A stretch of DNA of 64,000 nt from Phoronis australis (taxonomy: Eukaryota > Animalia > Phoronida): contig NMRA01000794.1 of the NCBI GenBank assembly GCA_002633005.1, positions 58,224-122,223 on the forward strand, given 5' to 3'. Below, one piece after another: positions 25,646-40,577 of the stretch (position 1 is the stretch's first letter; each line of letters starts with the position of its first letter). The translations under genes were made by a program, and so were the position numbers. The notes below the pieces were generated by a model. The model made no database searches, was not told the DNA's origin, and saw only the letters and a list, made by a program, of their open reading frames with translations.

Positions 25646-28600
25646 ACGTGCAGCATTACCACCACCACCACCACCGATACCATTAGATATTCTTTTGATT
25701 GGGTTGTTCGGAATACTTCAGTGTTATATTAATTCTCCTAAAATTACAAAGTATCGATTTCATTTATGTCCATTCCACCTCATGTAATTCAGTTCGGAAA
25801 ATGGCGGTTTAATGGCGGCCGTACTGCATATGTAATGGTAATCTGGTTCAGACGCATGTTTATGCCTGTACTTTAAATTTTGTCCGATTCAATTGCAACA
25901 ATACCACGCAGGTGTATTAATTATGATCCACTGACCTGTGAGTATAAAAGTGCGGGGTTTTCTATGACACCAGTTACAGATAGCACACGTTAGATCATAG
26001 TTAATTGAAGAGAATTTATCATTGAGTAGGTACCCTAGTAGTGCAATTGTTCTTACCACTTTGGAGACCATTTTAAGTTACAAATGAATGTTTCACGACA
26101 AACTATGTCTTTAACAAATGTGCGGAAGAGAGTTAATGGTTTCGATCAATGTGCGAGAAATCGGCTATTCAAGTCGTGTTCCGGGATACGGAATAAACAT
26201 TCAGTCATTGTGTCGACAAATTACTAATACGTTAAGAAGTCGCTAATCGACTTGCAAACAAACCCCGTCACATGAGCTCTTGCTAATCAATTGCAGGTTA
26301 AAGACCGGTCAGAGGTAAAATCGAATATTCGACATTAGTTTTCATCAAGTCTTATGAAAGAAACCCTGCCATGCGCAATCTGTTTGTTTTGGCCCCGTCA
26401 AATAAAAGCAAATGTACATAACCGAATTATAACTAGGTTTGAGGATCGTGCATAACTATTTGCTTTTGAAGTTATTGTCCGGCTATGGGACTCTGTAATC
26501 TTATTCAAATCCCCTCGAACTTCTAGTGATAACATGCCCCGAGTGGATACTCAACTACAGATTAGAGATTTAGTGGCCTCTATTCTAATTCGGATATCAA
26601 AAAACTAAGCTTTTTCAACTAGTAGAAGTATATATTTTCTGAAACAACACAGATTAGTTAATATTAAAATACTTTTTGTATTAATGTAGTATTATTATTT
26701 TCACATAAAAAATTAAGTCAATTTTTAAGAAAGGTACATTCATAGCAAAATAACCCATCATTCGATTTCAATGAAATTGTTTTTAAATGAAAACGTCACC
26801 ATCAAAAACGCTGTAAGGAATTTTCGATTAGTCTTTTCGTTTGGTTTCTATGACAAATTAACTCGCAAAATGTAAGATATCTTTTAAAAAACGAAAGTCG
26901 TATTCGTCTTTGTTACATTACGCAAAAATAGGCATTTATATCGCAAATCCTAACAGCGTTTTTGAGACTGATGACTAAATATTAAATTTGGATTCAGCGA
27001 AATCCACTGAGCAGTTTTCGAGAACTCGTGTCCCTAAGTTCAAATGAAGTCGATTTGTTGAAGCCGAGAAAAAGCCGATTAAACTGGGACGAGTGGAAGT
27101 CTCAAAGTCTTCGGTTTATTATTTGGTGAAAGCTTGTTTTCGGTACACATAACCTATGCAAGCCTAAATATATTCGCTGTTTCAACATTCACTTGCAATG
27201 CCAACTGATTTTGCAATACGTTATCAACTTAAAAATCATTAAAAACGTACCGTTTCCCAGGTAATTCTTATTATTTTGCGACCTTTTGGCCTACATTTAA
27301 AGCAATAGGTCACAGCTCATTGTTATGCATATAGCCTGTACACGTCACGTGCTGGGAGACTGATGAGAAACCAAGTAAGAAATGGTAACAAAAATCGAAT
27401 CGGTGGTTAAAACATGTCGTTAGCATGAGACCGAAACATTGAAATGCCAATTTATAAATTCAATGAAAAAATTAGGGTGAGGATTTATCTCCTGTCACAA
27501 TTTGCTGTGTTCATGACCACAGAGGCCTGATGCGACAGTAGCATTCGTTCTCAACGCAAGTTGTTCTGTACCTGACGGAGATTCGATTTCATTGAAGGCC
27601 TTTTAACCTTTGACCTCGAATAAGCAGTAAACAAATATCCACGGAGTTGAGCGGTTCCAAGGTGAACTGTATTCCAATCTCAGCGGGTATTGACAAAAAT
27701 ATACACAGCATTCTGCGAGACAAATAGCAGTGCGTACGTTTTAAATGTTTAGGCAGGCCAGAGAATCAAGTTCAATGATTGTTTTACTCAGTTGGTTCGA
27801 GTATAGGCACAAGCCGTTGATTCCTAACATACAGTAGACGCAGCTTCAAATGTAAGCCCGGCGCCTAAATACTGGCGTCGGCGGTGAAAATTAAACATGG
27901 CGCTTCTCAGTGAAGGAATTTTTTTGAACTGGTGACATCTTAAAAACCCTAGAAGTATATACATTTTTGATAATTCAGTGACTTCTGTTTTTTTAAATAC
28001 TAACTAAATATTGTCATTCCGTTTTCAACTAGTTTGCAAGTTGGTTTTGTAATATTGCAAGCTTCAATCCATTGCCATTTAAAAAATTCACGAAAGTGTG
28101 AAAACTTGAATATGAGACCCGAAGATTTGTCCCTTTAAGTGGTTGATAATATTCTATGGAACTCAGCCGCCTACCCATCACGTTTTTTTTTCTGACAGAT
28201 CGTTGGGATTTAACCCAACGTGAAATACAAGCACATGTACGTGGAACTGATCTCTGGGATTACCGCTGGTACTCTTCAATGAACAGATATACTAGACAGT
28301 GGTAGAATTGATTTGTATTCAACATGTTGTCAATTGGACATCTAATACCACGGTGAAATTACCAGATTGGCGCAGAATTAATGAATGGAACAACTAATCG
28401 ATTTACCATACCAAATAATCCCGTATACTACGATCAACGCGTGGCATTTGGTGTGCGATGATCATATACCTCCGTGAGCCCGACAAACATGTAATATAAT
28501 GATTGGTTCGCAATCTGGAGAGCTGAACGAGCCGGAACACATGCGCCTCACATCGGCAGTTTCAGGTATCAGATGCGGCTAAAAATACGTCGTAGTCGTG

Positions 28601-30382
28601 CACTTTTTAAGTCTTGCTGAAAAGTTACCTTTGACAGTCGTGGTCAACGTTCCTCATATGACCTCGAAAGCCCACCGGGGCGCCTTCTGTCAACTCTGTG
28701 TTTAGGCGTAGAGTTGCAGAATTGGGTCCTCTCAATTATTATTTTGAAAAATGTTCTTTTGAAACCGGGGTTTATCGTAAACAAACGGCTAAAGGTCGGT
28801 GCATCAAAGCAGTCAGGTGATTTTAAATATATCTTTCTTATCATCCTTTTTCGAAAAAAGAGGAAACTGTGTCGCTAGTGAATAGTCTCATTTTCAATTT
28901 AATCAACAACCTATATCAAAAATAAATACAGAAATAGTTACTATTTGGCATTAAATCTAAAGAAAGAGATGGTAAAATATATTGTCTCAATGGGGTATCA
29001 AAACAAGTAAGAAGAAAGGATTTGTTTAATTAAAGTAAAAATTGAAGTGTACAGGTTTCTTTGCAAATGGAATGACCATTGGACTAACAAGGAAATACTG
29101 TACTAAGACAGTAGGCGCAACTTTCATTTTACGTCTGTGCCTAAGGAGCACAGCCCTGCTTCACGAATCTGCATGGTTACAATTATTCGAAAAAATACTT
29201 GTTAGCTTTTTTCAAAAAATATTGCTTTCTTATTTTATATGTAGGCATGATTCGGGAATCAAGTGCTTAAATAGTACCAAAATTAAATTTCGAAACTATC
29301 TAACGTGTGTTGTGAATTTTGATATCAAAGCTGACAGTGATGTGCGATACCCTTTTTTCTTCATTTTAATCAAAAACTTCATCACACGGGTTTTAACTCA
29401 AGTGAGTTCCGTCGAAACTTAACCCCAAACAAACAACGCTCATTCAACGCGACTGAAATTATTTTTCAATTTGAATTTTACATGATTTTGAAGTTTAATT
29501 GTTGTTTTGATGGTGTTTCATCGTTTAAATGGCTGCTGCAGTGAGTGATAGCTACAGGTAGCTCGTGCATTACGGTTAAGCACTCAACTGCCGCCATTCG
29601 TAATGAAGCTTCCGAGGAAGCAACTCCAGTTTAAACATTTAGGAAAATTAACAGAAACATGATGCAAACGCTAACAAGGCTGGAAATTCGAAATGTTTCA
29701 ATTTTTTAACTGATGAAACTTATCCTGTGTTGCCTAAATCGGTGAAAATAAAAGAAAAAAGCGTTCAATTAAGCAGAAGTGGACGAGTTAGCAACAAAAA
29801 TACACGATTATAGCCAATTCAGTTTTCAAGCAGAAATCTTCTTTTCATTTAAAAAAGTGTTTTGCAGAACGAGTCTAAAATTATTTGTACATGTAAGTCA
29901 ATATCTCGACCGCGACACAGCCGGCTTCACTATTCACCCTTGTCCTTACTCCAACTACCAAAGAGTCTACGGCTTTGGACCACTTGGAGACCGTCCCAGC
30001 TTGGAACTTGGTTCCTTAAGTTGATACAGTCAAGTATTCGCCTGGCACTTTCTATGTTATCTCACGCGATTAACCTCACCTGCATGTAAGGCAAGCTCAA
30101 AATATATTTCCCATCCGAGATAGGAATACGGTAGGACCAAATACTTCAACATGTAACGACAAATTACATAAATTAAAAAGAAAATCTTATCGACAAAACC
30201 TGGATTATAGCACCAAAATACATAAATATGATTGCCAAGTTATCAAAAATTTACATCATGTATTTTCAGCTCACATCATATTTAATAGTTCACATGCACG
30301 TTCAGTTTTTTTTATTATTACATTAACTTAAAACGCAATTATTAAAGTCATTATACAAGACAGGCGAATTCCGGTATTAACA

Positions 30383-30388
30383 TTTATT
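30383..30388 (-). promoter_or_regulatory. Candidate polyadenylation signal of the peroxidase gene
   Basis: AATAAA on the minus strand about 90 nt after the stop codon. Confidence 0.45.
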
Positions 30389-30474
30389 CTGTAACACATA
30401 CTAAAACTGGAGTTTCACATCAAAAGAATAACTTGCAAAATGTGAATTCCAGTCATTAGTTTACAATCCGGCCT

Positions 30475-30607
30475 CTATGGAGAGTCTCTGTAGCCTTTCG
30501 TGATGAGATGCTCACGATCGTCAACAGTGAGGTCTTCAGTCACCGAACCTTCTTTCCAGGGGTTAAGGTCAAATTTAGGGAATTCCATACAAGACTTCCG
30601 GTTATTT
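30475..30607 (-). CDS. Peroxidase last coding exon
   Basis: tttcAG; [43 protein letters not shown]. Confidence 0.9.
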
Positions 30608-32700
30608 CTGAAATATGATTGGAAGTAGCTATAAACTCGCGTCCCTCAAAAATGAAATTCTATTTTAGTCGCCCACTGCTGTCACACGCGAAGTGAATTC
30701 CGCGCTTGGAAAGGAAGTATCATTCGCTGTTCCATGTCTCATCGTGAAGCGACAAATTTTAGAGCTCCGCGGATCTTTAACAATTGGGAGCTCTCATTTT
30801 TACCAAGCTTAAAGAAGCACCTCTTTTCCGAGTACATGACGCAGTTTTCTGCTGGGACAAATGTACAGCTGCACTTCTGAGTTGCACAACCTCTATATGT
30901 ATCATATATTGATGTTTGGCAAAATCAAAAACAGGAAATGAATATCTGGGGTAAAGTAAATACATGCGTTGAGAAGGCAGCGTGCCCTTGTGGTGTGGAC
31001 TGTTACATGTACATGTATATTGACCTTTGACCTCACTCCTGTATTTGAATACGATTTCCCAATGCAGGTTATGATTCCCGTTCACCTCTTCTTGTAATTT
31101 CCACAAGTCGGATGGGTGTCCGCAGTTTCACTCAAGGTCGTGATTTCCAAATCCAGAAGCACACATAAAAGTGGTTGTTCCTGGTGATCGGTGCACTGAG
31201 CCCTCATGAGCGGCCTGCGCACGCCTCGTACACATCGGGTATTCAATGACCTCATACTACGAAAATATCCTACATGTAGGTGTTTTAGAAGAGCCAAAGC
31301 ATCATTAGCCCAGTTTAAATAAAATACTGACATCAGTTCCAGCTAACGAGCCTACACGCACCCGATTCATGACGTATTTAGTTAAATTACTCGCCTCAGC
31401 AGAAAATATAACAATGAAGGAACACGTGCTTACAAGTAGTGAAACTAAAAACGTTGTGCACAGAAGTGGGCAAAGGGTTTCTCGTGGTGCCCATTCTGAG
31501 CACAGGATTTTACGTATTCAAATAAAGCCTGATTGTGACAATTTCACACGTTTTAACTGTAACACCAGCTGTTGGACTCATGCTTGAAGGAATTGCAAAC
31601 CTCACGTATTTTTGTTCATGATATTTTTAGTTTGTGTCGATGAAGGAATTTGCAAAATATAGTTCCTGAGAATGGCAATGGTCTTATTAGCTTGACACGG
31701 GTGCGTGGACAACTACTGGATGTAAGAGCAGGCGCATCCAATGTTCAGGAAAACTACCGTGACACTGGGCGTAGCAAAACACGGTACTTACACTGACTTG
31801 GTTTTAGAAGTTTCCGGTTGATTCTAGGACTTATATCCAGCTTTCTGCCGCTGGAGTTGCAGCCCATAAAAGAGCAGTAAATTTTTGCTTGTTATGGCGC
31901 GAAAGCGAGAATCGATTAACGGGTGTCTTTGCGGCATCGTCGTTGAATTAGATTTAAGTGCCGCTGTGTAATAGGGCAAACAATAATTCTATCTGGGATC
32001 GTCCGCTATTCACGAAGTAGATGAAAAGCTCTACATTCCACGCTTTTTTATGGACGCCGCAATATGGTAATGATAAGACACGTGGCACATTTCACAATGC
32101 GTGACCGTTAGAACATCTACTTTGTCAAAGTCAATATAGATTAAACACGGAAAAATCAAAACTTTAGTAAAACTCGTAAAAAATGTGTCTTCATCCAATT
32201 CCAATTAATTCAGACTCGATCGGAAATGGTAGACCACATGACTCACTAACTTTAATTAAAGTGTTAAAGATATCTGTATGGTTACCACTGGATACGTGTT
32301 TTAATAAGGACGACACCATAGCTTTCCATCAGTGCATTAGTTTGGGTTTGATATACACCGAAATTTTCACTAGCGTCAATACATACATATACTGAAATGG
32401 ACAATTACTCACCCAGGAACATTGTTCATCTTAAATGGATTGGGTTGGATTTCATCCACAAGCATCGAATCACAAAGTATTGAGGAGAACGAGATCTTGC
32501 GAAGTGAAGCCAGTTGCTCTGAAAGCAGCAGTTAATGTCCGTGGTCTCAAAATAATAGCACATCATTGTAAACGGTCTACAACACAATACACCAATAAAA
32601 TACATCAATTTATAATTATTATTATTATTATTATTATTATTGTTATTATTATTATTATTACCATTATCATTATTATTATCATTATTGTTATTATCATTAC

Positions 32701-32751
<51 letters not shown>

Positions 32752-35700
32752 CATCTCGTCATCAATCCCTATTTGTAATATCATAATAGATATTAAAGTG
32801 GATGGAACTGCAGGAAGGAGATACTTCTGTATCAGTTGTCTCACCTCTTGAAAATCTCGCATAGGCTTTGTGTGTCTCGTACCAGAATCGATCGCCATAT
32901 CTCAGGTGCTTGAATTGTTTTCCCAGAATGCATTGAAGTGTCGGACCCATCAGAGCGCCAGGAAGACTTTTCTCAGAGATGGCGCCAGTGAAGGGGTCGA
33001 TGTCCTCCACGGAACTAAGGTACGCGTGGAAACAAAGATAAAATCACGCCCTTGTATAAATATGTCGATTTCAAGGAGACAAAAGTTCAAGCGTGTTTTG
33101 TACTACTTTCTATTCCCAAGATCAATACGCTACAACTTTACAATAAACACAATAGATGTCACTCTCAAACTTACACCATCATCAACTTCATCGTCGTCAT
33201 CGTTAATGGCGTCATAAGTGGGGTGGACATCATCACTGTCATCGCGAAACATACGACGATAATGACGTCACCGTTGATGCGCTGATTTTCAAGAGTTTAT
33301 CTACGGCGACGCTGTCGTTTAGCCGACAAGTGCCCGACAATGCGTTTAGAAATGCATAAATTGTTGGACGGTTGTCGGATTCTAAACATCCAGATACATC
33401 GCAGAAAAGTCTTTGAGGTGTAAGCAATGACGTGTTGCTTCCATACCCTATAATTGAAAGCGCATATCCACTGCAACACGTATTTTGGGTCCGAGTACAA
33501 CACAGAAAACACCCAAGACTGAATACGAGACTCAAAATGCATCAAATAATTAGATCGGCACATCTTCCCGAGCAACTAAGTCTTAGGCACTGCCATGAAC
33601 CTGAAACGAAACTCCACCAATTAAATCGTACATTATGAATCAGCTAACACGCTCACAAGGTATTTGTGAAGTTGCTGGATGTTTTAAGATCCGACAACCA
33701 GGTTTTTTACAAAACTAGACCAGAGCTGTATATGAAATCCCACCAATTGTCGAGATGACATCATACAGTTCTAGCAAAAAGAGACCTGTACTGAGTCTGA
33801 ATTTCCAGCCATTTATACTTTGAGCAACTCGGCACCCCTTCTTTTCTGACCTTTAATTTCAAGCACGTTGGGTTCAACTTTTGTTGCTTATACAGTAAAT
33901 ATACAAGGTAATCTACACTACAGCACATGTGGACACGCACGTGAAACACGCCATTCTTTCGTGTCATGCCACGAATTGTACAATGACACTAACCTCAAAA
34001 TCCAACTGATTCCCGATGGTTTGGTCATTGGCAAAACTATGTTGCAAATCCAACATAATTAATGTCGAACATACTTATTTTAATATTATTATTATTAAGT
34101 AAACAAATGTTTTAGGTTGAAAAAGTAGTACTTGTTTCTCAAATTTCAAAAACTATTCGAGACAGCGCTTTGCATGAGCTATTCAAATATGATATAAGCA
34201 AACTTTCAAAACTAAAATTAAAAAATACTTTTAGCCCCCCCCCCCCTATGTGATTATGATGCGTGCCACTTTCTAGGAAACGAAAACATAAGCAGCATGA
34301 GAGGATTTGATTAACCACAAGAGAATGGTCATTTTTTTATCTAAACCGACAGTCTGCCAATCTTGACCGGTAAGGGTGTCATCGAAGGATTCATTTCCTG
34401 TGTCGTTCATCGACTGACGACAAAACCGATCAGACATCAAATTTCATTGTTACGTTCACCTTGTGTCCGTCTGTCGTTCATGCACACACAGATTCATCTG
34501 TAGTTCCCTTGGTAACATTCGCTGTTTGTCTGCTCATTCGTTTCCATCCTGCCCCACCCCCTTCTACCCATAATTTCAACCTGAAGTACTTGTCTCCCAT
34601 ACCCCGGACCATTCACCTCACAGACAGCCAAAACACTTACACGTAAGCCTTCTTTAATAGCTCTATTACTTCAGGCTCGTGAGTCGATGCCAAATCCGAG
34701 AAGTTGTTCGCTGGCTTCAGCCATAAGTCGCCCGGACCATATTTCCCTGGTATAACATCAATGTTTCAGGCAATTACATCACTGAAGCAATTTCAATTTT
34801 TGAAACGTTATTTTTTGAAAATCAAGTTTGCAAAGCACAGGGCGTCAAAATGAGAATACTTCAAATAGATAGGTTAGATTTGTTTGTCAAATAGTTATGT
34901 AATGTCATCCAAGAAGTGAAAAAATCGTCAAAACATGAACTGAGAATAAAACTCTATTGCCTTACTGTTCCCTCAGCTTTTAGCTCTTTCTAAACCTAAA
35001 TACCTTGAACACCAGACATTCACGTACCTCGGCAAAATCTTCTAAAAATGTTGTACGGTGGAATTCCATGGTCACGTCCACGTTGTATATTCAAAGCGGC
35101 AAGATCCATGCCCAAGTCGCTAGTTTTGAACAGGTTCTCTGTCACCTGGAATCAACACAGGATGGCGCTCCCGTTTACAAATGTGTTTTTGAAGTTTAAG
35201 GCAAACACATTTTACAATGGAAATTTCAGCGTAACAAGCGTTGCGTTCTGTGGAAGGCGAGCTGAAAATCCAACATGGAGTTGACCGTTATCTGAGCATG
35301 ATCGAACTTCAGTCGTACTACATCTCATATGGGCTTCAAACTATTGGAGAAATATTGGACGTATGACTGAAATTTGCAAATGCGCAGACAACTTTCTGAT
35401 ATCCTAGAGTAATTTAGAGAATAGGAAAATACATGTATCAGGGCTAAGTTTAATGGCGAATGGGGAGTATGCATTTGAACACCATCACACTTTTGTCTTT
35501 CAAGAAATCCTTAAAGTAAGTCAGTGTGCACTATCGGGAACGAAAACACGTGGGGGGGGGCTGCTCAGGGCACACAGTTTCCCCCGAAGACATTTGTACC
35601 AGGAAGGGGTTTTATTGGAACCTGTTGAAATTTCTTTTTCCAGGAATCAAAAACTCTGTTCTGCAAGGATAAGAAAATGAATAGTAACACAGCTGACTGA

Positions 35701-38700
35701 CTTTGAGAGAACACCGTTCTTTAGTTTTGGCAAAAAGGGCACGCAGGTGTCCAGGCAGGCAGGTGTCGCGGCATGTTCATCATGTGCTGTTTGTATGTCT
35801 ATTACTGTGGCGATTGTATTGATTTTAAACATGAGATCCAGTTTATGAATGGAAGGTGAATTCTCTACCTCCCTCCCCATTCTATCTTTTGTGTACGCAG
35901 GGAAAATATGCATCCGACATTGCTTTGCGATGAGCGGGGATGGAGTGCAATTTAGGCCAAATATAGGTGTGGGTAGAATTTCTTTCCCAACCGATCACAC
36001 AGGAATTCCATTCAAGATACTGGCTATTTCATCGTCAACCCCAGGTGCCACCACTTTTATAATTCGCGTTACTATTGTTTCACCAGAGAATGGCTTACGT
36101 CTTCTGTAAAGTGCCGTCCACACATAGTCTTACTCTCGAACACGTTACACGTTCGAGTGCTGCGCGGACGCTATTAAAGATATTGCAAATTGTCCCATAT
36201 GTGACAACTCTAACTTAACAAGGTTGGGCAACTTGTTTTAGGGTGACTTCAGCCATTTCTAACCGGTGTTTGGTTGCAAACTAGGACCAAGGCAGAAGTA
36301 ATCGTCAGTTGTGGTTGCATAATGATATGCCTTCTTGGAACTCTGCATTCGCATCAGCGGTCCATGGTACTGCAAATACATGTAGATACAACTTCCTCCT
36401 ACATGTAGCTATCGGATGTGCCTGTATGGATGCTCCACTTCAGAAAGATACACATCGTTCTCAGAAAACCAATGCCCTGGTGTTCAAATTTCAGCGCACT
36501 TTCGTTAACACTGTGACGTGCCCTGTAAGCGCTTGACAAAGACGAAATCAGTTGACGTGCAACTTGTTGATTAAAACAGTTTTTATGACTGTTTCTAATC
36601 TTTTTTCATTGCGAAACCCTGAAAAAGGGAACAATGCAGCTGTACAAGCGATTGCTTCGTTGGTCTCTACACGATCTACATAAACATTGACAACACTTTG
36701 CGAAACAGCACTTTTCATTGGTAATGTCGGATGGTAGAGATCTTCATACGAGATGAGACGAAGTAGGAGTCAAGGAAACCACAAGCGAGCAGACAACTCA
36801 TTCACTAGAAACAGACAACCAAACCAGAGACCAGATACCATTAGCATGTTTACATTAGAAGCATTCAACTAACCTCTTTCGTCATCCTATGATCCATTTT
36901 AGATATGGTTGTATTCAGTAGTCCCACAAGGTATTCATCAGAGCATCGAGCGTCACGGAAGGCACCCGGACTAAAGAAGGTGTCACTCAAATCGATCTTG
37001 ACGTTTGCAGGAACGTATTTAGAATTTAGGCGCTTGTAGTCTGGTCGAATCATTGAGTGGCCGAATCGGAAGAAGGCTGTTGCAAAACTGTTGCGTATAC
37101 CTGCGTCTATCGTGCAGTCGTACCTACACATGAGAAATAATGAATGTATGACACAAAAAACGTCATTCTGGAGAAATCATAGCATGTAATTGTACGGAAA
37201 GCAAACAGGTGACACGAACGTTTAATGGATAAGGACTTATGGGATTGTTTTCTTCTCCGCGACTCAACGTCTTTTGGTTACATCTAAATGCCAATCAACT
37301 CTAGTATTTGATTTCGAATATATTGAATGGAAAGTCAAAATTAACCCAATGTTTCAGACGACGGATAAAGACTGAGATTGCTGTCTTCTTTTTTTTGCAA
37401 AGTTGAATTTGCTAAATATAATCAAGCAAGCTGAGGATTAGGTTGAGGCGAACACGCGTATATTCCTTGGACTATCACTAACCGCATACAATATCGATAA
37501 GGATACCTACTCTGTAAAATAGCCTTTACTCTCCAGATCTAAATTAAACGTTGCCATACTCGATCCAAAGAGTATAGGCAGCCACTCCCCGTAAGTGATC
37601 TGCTGAACAAATGCCCCCATTATCTTCCTGGTCTCTTGATAAATCTTCTCGTCGTCCCAGTTTGGATTCAGCTGCTTTAGATCGGTGGCGATCTTGTTGT
37701 GATATCTCAGGAACACTGTGTGCATGGCTCGGAGACTCGCTTGCTCGTTTGCTCTGACGTCACCTGTCAAAGATTATCAACCAAATGAACTGGAAGGGAT
37801 AGTATTTAAGTCAAAGTAACCTTCTGTGGACATTTTTGATTTGAAAATTATTGATCTGAAAATCATTAATAAATAACAAAACACAGGGACATCAATGTAA
37901 AGAAGATTTTTTAAGTTGCAAAAACTTGGCAGTTATCATATTGCAGGTTGTAGGGATCGTTTGTGTTCATAAGTTATCACATGCTAGTTTGCTCATCAAT
38001 TTCTCAGAAGAAATTGTGAAGACTTTGCTTTTACACTAGGGAGCGCATTGTAGACTTAATTTCTTACAGGAAAGCAATATCTTGCAAGATCAAGTTAATG
38101 TGAGATCTTTTCGCAAGTATAATACAGAGTTTACTAAACTACAAATCAAAATGGCTGCCACTGACGTGATTGGTGGAAGACCGTGAAGTGTTGATCTCTG
38201 GGATTGAATTTATTGCTTCGATTCTGTAAATGAGTAGAACTGGTTATCATTGCAATGGTTGTATTATATTTTAGCTTGGAACATCCAAATATCCAGAGAG
38301 GCTCACTAAATGTGCTACTGGCATGAATTCACACGTACCTCAAATTGCTTATTTTGCGTAAAGCGTTGTTTATAGACTCATACGTGGGCGGCGCACTATA
38401 GGTCTATGGGGGGCAAAGAGTGTCGAATTCAGAGGGGGGCAAGGGGGTCATGCCCCTCCCCCTATAATTCACCAAACATTACATTTGGCAGTTCGGGGAT
38501 GCGAATGCCTAACGGTCAAAATCCTGGCAAATACTCTGTCCTCCCCCCTTACTCAAAAACCTGGATCCAACTTCCACTTTTCTCAGTGCTGCGCTCCCCA
38601 TGGTCTATGGGCAGTGCACCACAGGGGCGCTGGGGTGGGGGCTGTAGCGTCCCACTTTTTTCAGTGGTGCGCCGCCCATGGCATAGACATCACTGTATTC

Positions 38701-40444
38701 ATAGTTTACATGTTTCTCAAACTACTTACCAGCGAATATACAGCGGGAGTGGGCAAAGTGTGCGTCTAAGGGACATCCTTGCTTGTTTTCCATATCCTTG
38801 GGTGGCTCCAGACCATGGCTGGACATTTTCATCAAACCGTTCTCCTTTTTCCGAAGACTGTCTGCCACTTTCTCTGACGAGCCGTATATCATAGACCCAT
38901 CGATAAACGAAGTAATTTCGTTGATCTGTTCTCGATAACCTGTTAAACGTTTGAAATATGCAAGATAAATTGACGAGCATTGTCATTCGCATTGCTTATG
39001 GTGCTTTTTTTAACTCGGTAAAACTCGGTATTTGAACCTCACTTCACTGAACGCCTCAGAAGCGTGGTGGGTTGATAAAGCGCAGCATCTCCAAGGTTTG
39101 TGTGAATTCGATCAGGCATTTCTGAGATGTGGAGATGCACGGTACATGTTTGCATTTGTTTTTGGTAAAATCCTGAGCACGACCTTTGACGTTTACCTGT
39201 ACAGTCTGTTCTCCACCTGTGTCACGTGATTGAATAATGTGAACTTTTGCCTTGAGAATGGTTTACAGTGAATAACCGGAAACGTCGGATCAACATGTTA
39301 TTGTTTACTTACGCGCTATTTTTTTAGATGTAATGCTCTTGGTTTTCTCAAATTTGGACATTTCTTTTGCAATATGCAAGACATCAAAGTATTTTAAACA
39401 ACTATTTTCCATAAGTACAACATGACAATTTAAATATCAAGTAAGTTCACTGCATTGAAATATGTCATAGCAATTTCAATAGTCGCACCGTCAAGGCATT
39501 TAGCAGAAAGGGTCACTTTGATATACTGTAGGAAAAATAGCGAACCGTTTTATTGAGCATACCCCACCCATTTCACACTGTTCATTTTTAGACTACATGT
39601 ATGGGAGAGGTAAAATACTTATTTGAATTGATGGAGATGCAATTCTGGGAATTGACACAACTGCGCAAAGCCAGGTACTTCAGAATGAACTAAACTCACC
39701 TAAAGTACATTTGACATTAGGCGAAGGTACTGAACGAGCAAAGTTCATACACGTGAAGTTGAATGGTCCGTAATGGGGATCATCTTTAGCGATGTGTATC
39801 GGAAAACATTCCGGTCTGAAAAAAAGGATTGGGGTTATATCGAAATCTCATAGAGTTGCTTTCAATGCACCATTACTTTAGTTTGTCCATGCTAAAGAAT
39901 CCAATATCTGTTTTACACAGAAATTGCGACAAGAACATCAAGACGGAAGACGTTCAAGTACACGTACATGTAGCATCGCGGCGACTGATCACGTGGGACA
40001 GGATATACATGTAAGGGGCTTCTAGAGGACGAGTACCATCGCGTTTAAAAAGAGACAGTACTCCTGTAAAATGGTGTTTTCTTTGCACGGCTTCAAAATG
40101 TCACCCTATGCTACGTGACCTGGTACAGAGAGCTCGCGATAGGAGTCGCTGGTCGCAGGAAGTCAGTCCCCATGTCTTTCCTATATCCCGCACTTGTGTG
40201 TAATCCGAAAGGATGTCATGGGCTAGAAATAATAACACATCAAACCTATCCTAATAACGAATCTCAATAAGAACAGAAGTTTTCACACAGTGGGAAGTGG
40301 TATCACGGCACTACTAAATAAATGCACCTCTATTTTAGTGGCAGACTTCGTTTAATATAGAGCACGCATCCGTGCAAACGCCAAGGCGATACTTTTTCTA
40401 CATTGGAATTAGATTTTTATATGTGTGTGTGCGTTTGTGTGTGT

Positions 40445-40487
<43 letters not shown>

Positions 40488-40489
40488 GG

Positions 40490-40577
<88 letters not shown>

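Noticed and set aside
26700-28138. Possible second Kolobok-type element ending GTCCCT-TTAA at 28134
   Set aside because: No matching left TIR or coding remnant could be identified. Similar orphan ends (TTAAAGACATAG at ~59085 and ~26103) are also unpaired.
34700-34746. Apparent loss of the WR..CGL motif suggesting a pseudogene
   Set aside because: The motif is encoded at the end of the previous exon (YNIFRRFC) and the frame is intact.
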